64,000 nt of DNA, from contig JACWAF010000005.1 of assembly GCA_014874185.1 (NCBI GenBank), positions 18,655-82,654 of the forward strand. Reading direction: 5' to 3'. The position numbers and the translations under genes were made by a program. Below, piece after piece: positions 8,309 to 16,671 of this stretch. Position 1 is the first letter of the stretch, and each line of letters begins with the position of its first letter. The notes under the pieces were generated by a model, which worked only from the letters and a program-made list of their open reading frames with translations, made no database searches and was not told where the DNA came from. This stretch comes from Nitrospirota bacterium. Lineage in GTDB: Bacteria; Nitrospirota; Thermodesulfovibrionia; Thermodesulfovibrionales; JdFR-88.

Positions 8309-10819
8309 TTAATCGGAACCCTTTCCCAGCTTCCTCTTCAATGCCTCCCCCGTATGGGAGCCGGCAGTGGCCGCGACTTCCTCCGGCGTGCCCTGGGCCA
8401 CCAGGTAGCCGCCTTCCTCCCCGCCCTCCGGGCCAAGGTCTATTATGTAATCCGCCGATTTTATAATATCCAGGTTATGTTCCACAACAATTACCGTATT
8501 GCCCTTTTCCACCAGCCCGGTGAGCACCTTCAGAAGTTTCTCTATGTCCACGAAATGAAGTCCGGTCGTGGGCTCGTCAAGTATGTAGAGGGTCCGTCCG
8601 GTCCCTTTCTTTCCGAGTTCCCTTGAAAGCCGCACCCGCTGCGCCTCCCCGCCGGAGAGGGTTGTGGCGGGCTGGCCCAGTTTCAGATACCCAAGCCCCA
8701 CATCGTCAAGAACTCTGAGTTTTCTTTTTATGGGCAGCACGTGCTCGAAGAACTCACAGGCCTCGGAGATGGTCATCTCCAGGACTTCGGAGATGTTCTT
8801 CCCCTTGTACTTTATATCAAGCGTCTCCCTGTTATAGCGCTTGCCGCCGCACTCGTCGCACAGGACGTAGACATCTGGCAGGAAGTGCATCTCAACCTTC
8901 TTTAGTCCCTCGCCCTTGCAGTTTTCGCACCTGCCGCCGGGCACGTTGAAGCTGAAGCGTGATTCCTTATAACCCCTAACGCGCGATTCCCCGGTCAGGC
9001 TGAAGAGCCGCCTTATATAGCTGAAAATGCCCGTGTATGTTGCCGGGTTGGAGCGCGGTGTCCTCCCCAGCGGGGCCTGCTCTATTGCCACTATCCTGTC
9101 CAGGTGCTCCGTACCTCTTATCTCCCTGTGCTTTCCGGGTGTGGGCCCGGCCTTGTAGAGTTCCCTCTCAAGCGCCCTGTATAAAATATCGTAGACAAGC
9201 GTGCTCTTCCCGGAGCCGGACATGCCCGTCACGCAAACGAACATGCCCAGGGGTATTCGCACGTCCAGGTTTTTCAGGTTATATGCCTGCGCTCCCACTA
9301 TCTCCAGAAATTTTCCATTCGGAGGCCTTCTTATGCCGGGCACGGGTATCTCACGCGCGCCTTTCAGGTAGAGGCCGGTAATGGAATTGGCATTTCGTTT
9401 TATCTCTTCGGGGCTTCCGGAGGCGATAACCTTTCCGCCCAGCACGCCCGCGCCTGGCCCCATATCCAGTATGTGGTCCGCGCGGAGCATCGTTTCCTCA
9501 TCGTGCTCCACTATTATTATCGTGTTCCCCTGTGTCTTCAGCATGTCCAGGCTGTCCAGCAGGCGCATGGAGTCCCTGGGGTGAAGCCCTATCGTGGGCT
9601 CATCCAGGAGATACAGCACCCCCGTAAGGGAGGAGCCTATCTGGGTGGCCAGCCTTATCCTCTGCGATTCCCCGCCCGAGAGAGTGAGCGAGGTGCGGGA
9701 AAGGGTGAGATAGCCAAGCCCGACCTTCTCAAGAAAATGAAGCCTTTCAGTGACCTCTTTCAGGAGGCGCTCGGCTATGACCTGCTCCCTGGGGCCAAGC
9801 TCAAGTCTTTTTACAAACTGCCTGGCATCTTTAACCGGAAGCGACGCGAACTCGCCTATGTTCTTTCCCGCTATTTTTATACTGAGGGCCTCTGGCCTCA
9901 GCCGGAGCCCCTTGCATGCCTTGCAGGGCCTTTCTTCAACGATCTCCTCGGTCTCCTCGTCGATGTACTCGTAGCCCAGCCCCCGGCAGGCCGGACATGC
10001 GCCCGAAGAGCTGTTGAATGAGAAGAACATCGGGTTTATCTCAGGGTAGCTTATCCCGCAGTTGGGGCAGACCGCCTTCCTGCTGAATACCATGTCCTCG
10101 CCCCTGTCTATCAGGTTCACGACAATGGTATCCGAATACCGCAGGGCGCACTCTATCGAGTTCTTGAGCTGCCTTTCTATCCCGGGCTTTATTATGAGCC
10201 TGTCTATGACGATCTCGATCGTATGGCGCTTGTAGCGGGCAAGCTTCACGTCCTGGGTGATGTCCGCCATCTGCCCGTCTATACGCGCCCTTATGAAACC
10301 CTCGGAGCGCATCTCGGCAATCTCTTTCCTGTACTCGCCCTTTCTGTCGCGGACTATCGGGGAGAGCACCTGTATCCTGGTCTTCTCCGGGAACTGAATA
10401 AGTGTGTCCAGGATATCCGAGGTCTCCTGCCCGGCTATCTGCGAGCCGCACTTATAGCAATACGCCTTCCCAAGCCGCGTGTAGAGCACCCTCATGTAGT
10501 CGTAGATTTCTGTTATGGTGCCCACGGTGGAACGGGGGCTCTTGGTCACGGTCTTCTGGTTGATCGCGATGGAGGGGGAGAGCCCTTCGATGGAATCCAC
10601 GTCCGGTTTTTGAAGCTCCCCAAGGAACTGCCTGGCATAGGGCGAGAGGCTTTCAACATACCGCCTCTGTCCCTCGGCATAGAGCGTGTCTATCGCCAGG
10701 GAACTCTTCCCGGAGCCGGACGGGCCGGTTATGACCGTGGTCTTCTGCCTGGGGATGCGGACGTCTATATTTTTTAGATTGTGCTCCCTTGCGCCCTTTA
10801 TGATTATGAAGTCTTGCAT
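8309..10819 (-). CDS. uvrA: Excinuclease ABC subunit A (short form)
   Basis: GAREHNLKNI, GPSGSGKSSLA, two LSGGE signatures, LDEPT, zinc fingers. Start set at MQDFIIIKGA (10819). Confidence 0.95.
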   Translation of the reverse strand: MQDFIIIKGAREHNLKNIDVRIPRQKTTVITGPSGSGKSSLAIDTLYAEGQRRYVESLSPYARQFLGELQKPDVDSIEGLSPSIAINQKTVTKSPRSTVGTITEIYDYMRVLYTRLGKAYCYKCGSQIAGQETSDILDTLIQFPEKTRIQVLSPIVRDRKGEYRKEIAEMRSEGFIRARIDGQMADITQDVKLARYKRHTIEIVIDRLIIKPGIERQLKNSIECALRYSDTIVVNLIDRGEDMVFSRKAVCPNCGISYPEINPMFFSFNSSSGACPACRGLGYEYIDEETEEIVEERPCKACKGLRLRPEALSIKIAGKNIGEFASLPVKDARQFVKRLELGPREQVIAERLLKEVTERLHFLEKVGLGYLTLSRTSLTLSGGESQRIRLATQIGSSLTGVLYLLDEPTIGLHPRDSMRLLDSLDMLKTQGNTIIIVEHDEETMLRADHILDMGPGAGVLGGKVIASGSPEEIKRNANSITGLYLKGAREIPVPGIRRPPNGKFLEIVGAQAYNLKNLDVRIPLGMFVCVTGMSGSGKSTLVYDILYRALERELYKAGPTPGKHREIRGTEHLDRIVAIEQAPLGRTPRSNPATYTGIFSYIRRLFSLTGESRVRGYKESRFSFNVPGGRCENCKGEGLKKVEMHFLPDVYVLCDECGGKRYNRETLDIKYKGKNISEVLEMTISEACEFFEHVLPIKRKLRVLDDVGLGYLKLGQPATTLSGGEAQRVRLSRELGKKGTGRTLYILDEPTTGLHFVDIEKLLKVLTGLVEKGNTVIVVEHNLDIIKSADYIIDLGPEGGEEGGYLVAQGTPEEVAATAGSHTGEALKRKLGKGSD

Positions 10820-10922
10820 GTCCCTTCCTGCATATAATTCAACCATTTAGTATAAAAAATACCGGCCTGTTCTTTCAAACTGAATTTTTTGTCTTTTGGA
10901 CGGTTCTGTTTTATAATCTTTC

Positions 10923-11315
10923 ATGCGCTGGATTTTCATAACCGCCTTTGTTATTGCTTTTACCTTTCCGGTGTCCGTTAAAGCCAGCCCTCCCAGGGCT
11001 GTGTTCCAGAGTGAAGATTACGATTTCGGAGATGTAATGGAGGGAGTTACCCTGCAGCACGATTTCATCCTGAAAAACGCGGGGACGGACGTGCTTGTGA
11101 TCAAGAACATCATACCGACATGAGGGTGCACCGCGGCGCTTGCCAGTTCGGCAAGATTGAACTCCGGACAGGAGGCAAGGATAAGCGCTAAAGTTGACAC
11201 CAGGGGCCACAGCGGCCTTATGCTGAAGGGCATAAAAGTGCTCACCAATGACCCGCAGGTGCCGGCGATAATGCTTTTCATGCGGGCGAACATAGAGAAA
11301 GACAAGAAAGATTGA
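10923..11315 (+). CDS. DUF1573-like secreted Ig-fold protein, probable selenoprotein (UGA at 11121-11123)
   Basis: Signal peptide, YDFGDV..HDF.LKN.G...L.I, then T-[TGA]-GCT where the family has CGCT. The frame stays open through VDTRG...K.I.V.TNDP to TGA 11313-11315. Confidence 0.78.
11124..11165 (+). promoter_or_regulatory. Candidate bacterial SECIS element
   Basis: Stem CTTGCC/GGCAAG (11139-11155) with loop AGTTC (G at loop position 2), 21 nt after the UGA. Confidence 0.6.
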
Positions 11316-11346
11316 ACCTGGATCAGTCCCGCTTCCGGAGGACCAC

Positions 11347-12198
11347 ATGATCAGAAAGGCCGTCCTTTTCCTGAGGATGATAAAGTTTACCCACTCCGTA
11401 TTCGCGCTCCCTTTCGCCTTCACGGCGGCCATTATCGGGGCAGGCGGCATACCGTCCCTGAAACAGGCCCTCTGGATAGCCCTGGCCATGGTTGGGGCGC
11501 GCTCCGGGGCGATGGCCATGAACCGCATAATAGACAGGAAGATGGACGCGCTGAACCCGCGCACGCGGGGCAGGGAGATACCCTCGGGCAAGCTCCGCTT
11601 AAGCGAGGCCGCGTTCTTCGCGGCGGTCTCCTTCGCCCTCCTCGTGTATTCCGCCTACAGGCTGAACCCGCTCTGCTTCAAGCTTTCGCCCCTGGCGATC
11701 CTGATAGTGATCTTTTATTCCTACACGAAACGGTTCACCTGGGCGGCGCACATTTTTCTGGGCATGTCGATAGCTCTTGCCCCGCTTGGGGCCTGGATAG
11801 CCGTGACCGGGACCGTGGGCCTGAAAATCATTCCCATGGTAATAGCGGTCGTCTTCTGGCTCGCGGGCTTCGACATCCTTTACGCCCTGCAGGATCTGGA
11901 CTTCGACCGCGCACACGGGCTTTTTTCCATCCCCGCGCGTTTCGGCACCGGAAAATCACTGCTCATTTCGAGGCTCTGCCACGCGGTGTCCATAGCGATG
12001 CTCGTCCTGACGGGGTTTTTATTCGGACAGGGCGTCTTTTACTGGGCGGGGATGGCCTTCGTCTGCGCCCTGTTCGCCTACGAGCATTCCCTGGTCAGGG
12101 AGGACGACCTTTCCAGGCTTGACATGGCCTTCTTCAACATGAACGGCTGGATAAGCGTAAGCGTGCTTTTTTTTACGGCCCTCTCTTATCTGGCCTAG
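11347..12198 (+). CDS. UbiA-family prenyltransferase (MqnP/4-hydroxybenzoate octaprenyltransferase-like)
   Basis: IKFTHSVFALPF, NRIIDRKMDALNPRT, YSYTKRFT, GFDILYALQD, multiple TM segments. Confidence 0.88.
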   Translation: MIRKAVLFLRMIKFTHSVFALPFAFTAAIIGAGGIPSLKQALWIALAMVGARSGAMAMNRIIDRKMDALNPRTRGREIPSGKLRLSEAAFFAAVSFALLVYSAYRLNPLCFKLSPLAILIVIFYSYTKRFTWAAHIFLGMSIALAPLGAWIAVTGTVGLKIIPMVIAVVFWLAGFDILYALQDLDFDRAHGLFSIPARFGTGKSLLISRLCHAVSIAMLVLTGFLFGQGVFYWAGMAFVCALFAYEHSLVREDDLSRLDMAFFNMNGWISVSVLFFTALSYLA

Positions 12199-12272
12199 TG
12201 TGATGTTCCTTACGGAACGCGGCACGCCGGGAGGCGGTTAAAAGCAAGGGCGGTTTGAGGGGATTTCTGTTT

Positions 12273-12797
12273 TCAGGGGGAGACCTTCACCATTTCCTTT
12301 ACCCTGCTGTGGAACCGGGCTATCTGTTCTATCTGGTCCTCGCGGGTCAGCCCTTTGTTCTCCAGGATCGAGACGAGGTCTATCAGCTCGGAATCTATGC
12401 CCTTTGCAAGCTCGGCCCTGGAACGGTGCTTCCTCTCGTATGAGTCCAGCAGGTTATTGACTTCGCCTATGAAAGACCTGATATAGACGTCATCGTTTTT
12501 CCTTACCTGAAGCCGCCTTTCGTAATCGCCTGACAGTATGAGCCTCATCTGCAGCTTGAGCCTTTCGAACGGCCCTATGAACCTGTGCGAAAAGATCATC
12601 GTGAAGATGACAACTACGGCGGCGTATCCGGCCATTATCAGGACGAATGGGAGCACATTCTGATGGATGAGTCCGCCAAGCGCCTTGGCCAGATAGATAA
12701 GCACTACTCCGGCCAAGAGCGACCAGATTACTATGAAGGCAATCGAGTACCGCAGCTCTTTTGGCACGAAGTACCTTTGCCTTTTCTTCCGGGGCAT
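12273..12797 (-). CDS. Two-TM membrane protein with HAMP-like segment
   Basis: Two hydrophobic helices then SHRFIGPFERL...GDY...L.VRKND, with no output domain. Confidence 0.65.
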   Translation of the reverse strand: MPRKKRQRYFVPKELRYSIAFIVIWSLLAGVVLIYLAKALGGLIHQNVLPFVLIMAGYAAVVVIFTMIFSHRFIGPFERLKLQMRLILSGDYERRLQVRKNDDVYIRSFIGEVNNLLDSYERKHRSRAELAKGIDSELIDLVSILENKGLTREDQIEQIARFHSRVKEMVKVSP

Positions 12798-13082
12798 TTC
12801 CGCTTCCCCCTTTTTTTCAAAGATTATAACTCATATACAGGGCCTGCGCATAAGGATTTTTTCCGCCTGAATGCCATTGCAGGTTAGTTCTCAAGGCGGT
12901 CTTTTTTGCGTGAAAACAAGCAGGCGTCCCGGAGGGCGGTGCGTGTTGTCACACAAAAAAAAGCGGGTTTCTGCTATGTTATACGGAAAAGGAACTTGCG
13001 TTTTTTCCGGGATGCTTTTTTTTAGGTCTTAAACAGCCATCGAATAAGCAGAATCCCGGGAAGGAGCTTTGGATATTCCGGA

Positions 13083-13099
13083 CCGGCACGCATATTGCT
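13083..13099 (+). promoter_or_regulatory. sigma54 (-24/-12) promoter of the diguanylate cyclase
   Basis: CCGGCACGCATATTGCT: GG-N10-GC with GGCACG and TTGC. The predicted start site lies very close to ATG 13113. Confidence 0.6.
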
Positions 13100-13112
13100 T
13101 ATCGAAGAAGGG

Positions 13113-15140
13113 ATGTTACATTTAGTTGACATACAGCTTCTCACGAGGGCATTCAAGTCTTTTACTGCTCTTACGGGCCTGAATTTCGCCCTGTACGACG
13201 ACAGGGAAAACCTGGTGATCGCCCCCGCCCGGGAGGACCCCGTGCTCTCGGTAATGAAGACGAGCAGAAAAGGCCAGGAGATATATGCCCGGTTTTTAGA
13301 GGAAAACCTGAAGCTTTCGTCGAAAAAGACAAAGGCGCATCTCGCAAGGGGCCCGGCAGGGCAGTTCCATCTGTTCATTCCCGTGCGCTACAAGGAGATT
13401 AACCTGGTCGCTCTGGGCGAGGCCTTCTATCCGGCCATGGAGGACTTCGTCAGGTTTTATGAAGAGATGGGGCCGGAGTACGGGCTGCTGGAAAAAGACC
13501 CCGTCGAGTGGTCCAGGGAAATAAACGTGCTGCCGGCCGGGACCGCCGAGTGCTATATAGAGGCCATCCAGCCGCTCCTTGAAAACATCATAGCCTCTGG
13601 ATACGAGAAGGGCGAACTGAGCAAGCACTGGCAATGGTCCAAAACCATTATAAACCTGGCCGCGAACATAAAATCAAGCACCTCGCTGAATGAGATAAGG
13701 CAGATGATAATCGACACGGTCATCTTCCTCTTCAACATAGATACGGTCGCGATCTTCTCCCTCCGGGACGGATATTTTTGCCCGGAGGCCGCGGGCGGCA
13801 GAAACAGGGATGTGGTCAGCCGTTTCCGGATAGCCGGGAGCAACAAGTTCATAGCCGGGGCGATGATGTCCGACATCCCCGTTTCGGCAATGGACAGCTA
13901 CAAGCTGTGGCACAACGGCTTCCCGGACGAGATAATCTCGATGTACCTGTTCCCGATATGCTCGGGAACAGGGATGAACGGCTTCCTGGGCGTCTTCAAT
14001 ACCCTCCTGGGCAGGGAGGCCTTCGATTCCATAAACGAGATATGCCGGATAACGGCGTACTTCCTCGACGTGAGAAACATGGGCGAGGAATTCGACAGGA
14101 AGAGCGTCTCCCTCAAGATGCTCACCGAGACGACCTCGCAGCTTTACGAGTTTTACAAGGAGCCGCAGAAGCTGTACGAGAGCATAGTGGCGGAAGCGGC
14201 CAATATAGCCGGGGCCGAGAAATGCTCCCTCATGCTTCCGGAGGACGGGGGCGACGTGCTCGCAATCAGCGCGGTCAAGGGCACAAGCCCCTGGCTGATG
14301 AAGGACGTGAGGGTGAGGAGAGGGGAGGGGATAGCCGGCAAGGTCTATGAACAGGGGGCCCCGATACTTATCGACGGCGAGGAGAGGATGCGGGACTATG
14401 CCGTGAGCCCGAAGCCCCTCTTCAAGACGGCCTCCTGCCTCAGCATGCCGCTGAAGGTGTCCGGCGAGGTTGTGGGGATACTGAACCTCTCGGACAAGCA
14501 GACCGGCGAGTCCTTCTCCGACGCCGACCTCATGGTGCTCGGGCCTTTTGCGCTCCATGCCTCCATACTCCTCAAACTGAGCCATTTCTACAATACGTCC
14601 CAGAAGATGAGGGAGCTTTCCATAACCGACCCGCTCACCGGCCTCTTCAACAGGCGCTATTTCGACGTGCGGCTTGAGGAGGAGTTCCAGCGGGCCAGGA
14701 GATACGGGCTCTCCTTTTCGCTGGCCATAATGGACATAGATGATTTCAAGGCCCTGAACGACACCGAGGGCCACATGGCCGGCGACCACGTCCTGAAGGA
14801 GCTGGCCCTCATAATGAACAGCTCGATCAGGGCAAATGACATCCTGGTGCGCTTCGGGGGCGAGGAGTTCGCCATCATAATGCCCCAGACCTCGAAGGAG
14901 GAGGCCTTCAACGTGGTGGAAAGGATAAGGAGCAACATAAGCACGCTCATGTTCCGGGCCCTGAAGGCATTCCCCGGCAAGAGGCTCACCATAAGCACGG
15001 GGATAGCGATGTACCCGGATGCCGGAGAGCAGATTGAGAAGCTGATCATCTGTTCGGACAGGGCCCTCTACAGGGCCAAGATGGGCGGCAAGAACAGGAG
15101 CGTCCTCTGGGAGCCGGACTGGGGCAGGAGGCCCGGTTAG
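13113..15140 (+). CDS. Sensor diguanylate cyclase (PocR-like/GAF/GAF-GGDEF)
   Basis: TDPLTGLFNRRYF, DIDDFK, RxxD I-site (RAND) five residues before GGEEF, and a GAF with GEGIAGKV. Start may be 13095 or 13113. Confidence 0.88.
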   Translation: MLHLVDIQLLTRAFKSFTALTGLNFALYDDRENLVIAPAREDPVLSVMKTSRKGQEIYARFLEENLKLSSKKTKAHLARGPAGQFHLFIPVRYKEINLVALGEAFYPAMEDFVRFYEEMGPEYGLLEKDPVEWSREINVLPAGTAECYIEAIQPLLENIIASGYEKGELSKHWQWSKTIINLAANIKSSTSLNEIRQMIIDTVIFLFNIDTVAIFSLRDGYFCPEAAGGRNRDVVSRFRIAGSNKFIAGAMMSDIPVSAMDSYKLWHNGFPDEIISMYLFPICSGTGMNGFLGVFNTLLGREAFDSINEICRITAYFLDVRNMGEEFDRKSVSLKMLTETTSQLYEFYKEPQKLYESIVAEAANIAGAEKCSLMLPEDGGDVLAISAVKGTSPWLMKDVRVRRGEGIAGKVYEQGAPILIDGEERMRDYAVSPKPLFKTASCLSMPLKVSGEVVGILNLSDKQTGESFSDADLMVLGPFALHASILLKLSHFYNTSQKMRELSITDPLTGLFNRRYFDVRLEEEFQRARRYGLSFSLAIMDIDDFKALNDTEGHMAGDHVLKELALIMNSSIRANDILVRFGGEEFAIIMPQTSKEEAFNVVERIRSNISTLMFRALKAFPGKRLTISTGIAMYPDAGEQIEKLIICSDRALYRAKMGGKNRSVLWEPDWGRRPG

Positions 15141-15296
15141 GCCCCGCAAACGCCGGAGGCGCGCGCCTTTGCCGGACTTCCTCTCCCAAATGGGAGATTG
15201 CTAACCCCCTCCGCCTGGATTAAATTTTGAATAGATTCTTTTCCATGGTGCTCCCGTATCTTCCCCATCCTTCCTTATGAAGGGGGACAATGAAAA

Positions 15297-16670
15297 ATGC
15301 AAGACGGCGGAAATATCCTGATAGTGGACGACGAGCCCAATGCGCTGAAGGTGCTTTCGGCCATACTTTCCAGCGAGGGTTACAACGTCTACGGCTCCCC
15401 GGACGTCGATAAGGCCGTGAACATAATGAACGGGAACCAGATGGACGCCGTTATCACCGACCTGAGGATGCCAGGGCGTGACGGCATGCAGCTTTTCGAG
15501 TACATAAGGAAGAACCACCCGGACATCCCGGTGATCTTTCTTACCGCATACGGGACGGTGGAGTCCGCCGTGAACACTATTACGAACGGGGCGTATTACT
15601 ACTTCATAAAACCCCCCGACTACCCGAAGCTGAAAGGCGTCCTCTCGAAGGCCGTCGAAGAGCGCAGGGTGAAGGTCTACCGGAAATCCTCCGATATGGG
15701 AGTAGAGGGCATCAGGGTGAGGATCTTCGGCAATACGCGGGAGATGAAAAAGATATTCGAGACGATCGGCATAATAAAAGACACCTCAAGCAGCGTCGTC
15801 ATAACCGGCGAGACCGGCACCGGAAAGGAACTGATCGCGAAGGCCCTCCATTACCAGAGCCGGAGGAGGCAGAAGCCCTTTGTGGCCGTGAACTGCGCGG
15901 CCATCCCCAGGGAGCTAATCGAGTCCGAGCTTTTCGGGTTCGAGAGGGGCGCTTTCACAAGCGCCGTCTCCAGGCGTGTGGGCCGCTTCGAGGAGGCCTC
16001 CGGCGGCACGATATTCCTGGACGAGATAGGCGAGATCGAGCACGGGCTCCAGGCAAAACTCCTGAGGGTGCTCCAGGAGAAGGAGGTCGAGCGGCTGGGG
16101 AGCAACAAAAAATACAAGGTGGACTTCAGGCTGGTGGCGTCCACCAACCGCGACCTGGAAGAGGAGGTAAGGGAGGGCCGCTTCCGCAAGGACCTGTTCT
16201 ACAGAATAAACGTGGTGCAGATAAAAGTGCCGCCCCTCAGGGAAAGGCCCGATGACATCCCGGTCCTGATGGAAGAGTTCCTTGCGGAGTTCTGCGACCG
16301 CGAGCAGAAAAAGCTCTGTGTGCGGGCCGAGGCCGTTGAGAAATTGAAGCAGTATTCCTGGCCGGGGAATATAAGGCAGCTGAAGAACGTCCTTGAGCGC
16401 GCCGTGGTGCTGTCAAAGTCCTGTGAGATAGGCATAAGAGAGCTGCCGGAGGAGATAGTCAACGCCTGTTCCGCCGCGGTGGGAGCAGCGGCGGAACCGG
16501 AGCAAACCGGGCCTGAGCAGGCCGGCACGGGGCCCAAGACCCTTAAGGAAATGGAATTCCAGGCGATACGGAACGCACTGGACGAATGCGGCGGGAACAT
16601 CTCGCGCGCGGCCAAGCTCCTTGGTATATCCAGAAAGACCTTCTACAAAAGACTCAGAGAGGAGAGTTAG
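15297..16670 (+). CDS. sigma54-dependent response regulator (REC-AAA-Fis), GAFTSA variant
   Basis: DD/D/K receiver residues, GETGTGKE, ESELFG, GAFTSA, FLDEI, WPGNIRQL, Fis-type HTH. Confidence 0.92.
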   Translation: MQDGGNILIVDDEPNALKVLSAILSSEGYNVYGSPDVDKAVNIMNGNQMDAVITDLRMPGRDGMQLFEYIRKNHPDIPVIFLTAYGTVESAVNTITNGAYYYFIKPPDYPKLKGVLSKAVEERRVKVYRKSSDMGVEGIRVRIFGNTREMKKIFETIGIIKDTSSSVVITGETGTGKELIAKALHYQSRRRQKPFVAVNCAAIPRELIESELFGFERGAFTSAVSRRVGRFEEASGGTIFLDEIGEIEHGLQAKLLRVLQEKEVERLGSNKKYKVDFRLVASTNRDLEEEVREGRFRKDLFYRINVVQIKVPPLRERPDDIPVLMEEFLAEFCDREQKKLCVRAEAVEKLKQYSWPGNIRQLKNVLERAVVLSKSCEIGIRELPEEIVNACSAAVGAAAEPEQTGPEQAGTGPKTLKEMEFQAIRNALDECGGNISRAAKLLGISRKTFYKRLREES

Positions 16671-16671
16671 T

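Noticed and set aside
10923-11123. 66-aa ORF or pseudogene reading of the DUF1573-like gene
   Set aside because: The stop falls on a conserved Cys position, the downstream frame is intact and a SECIS-like hairpin follows. Recoding fits better, though it is unproven.
12900-13080. Enhancer sites upstream of the cyclase promoter (and upstream of glmS near 22538)
   Set aside because: Only off-by-one or mismatched TGT..ACA look-alikes were found.
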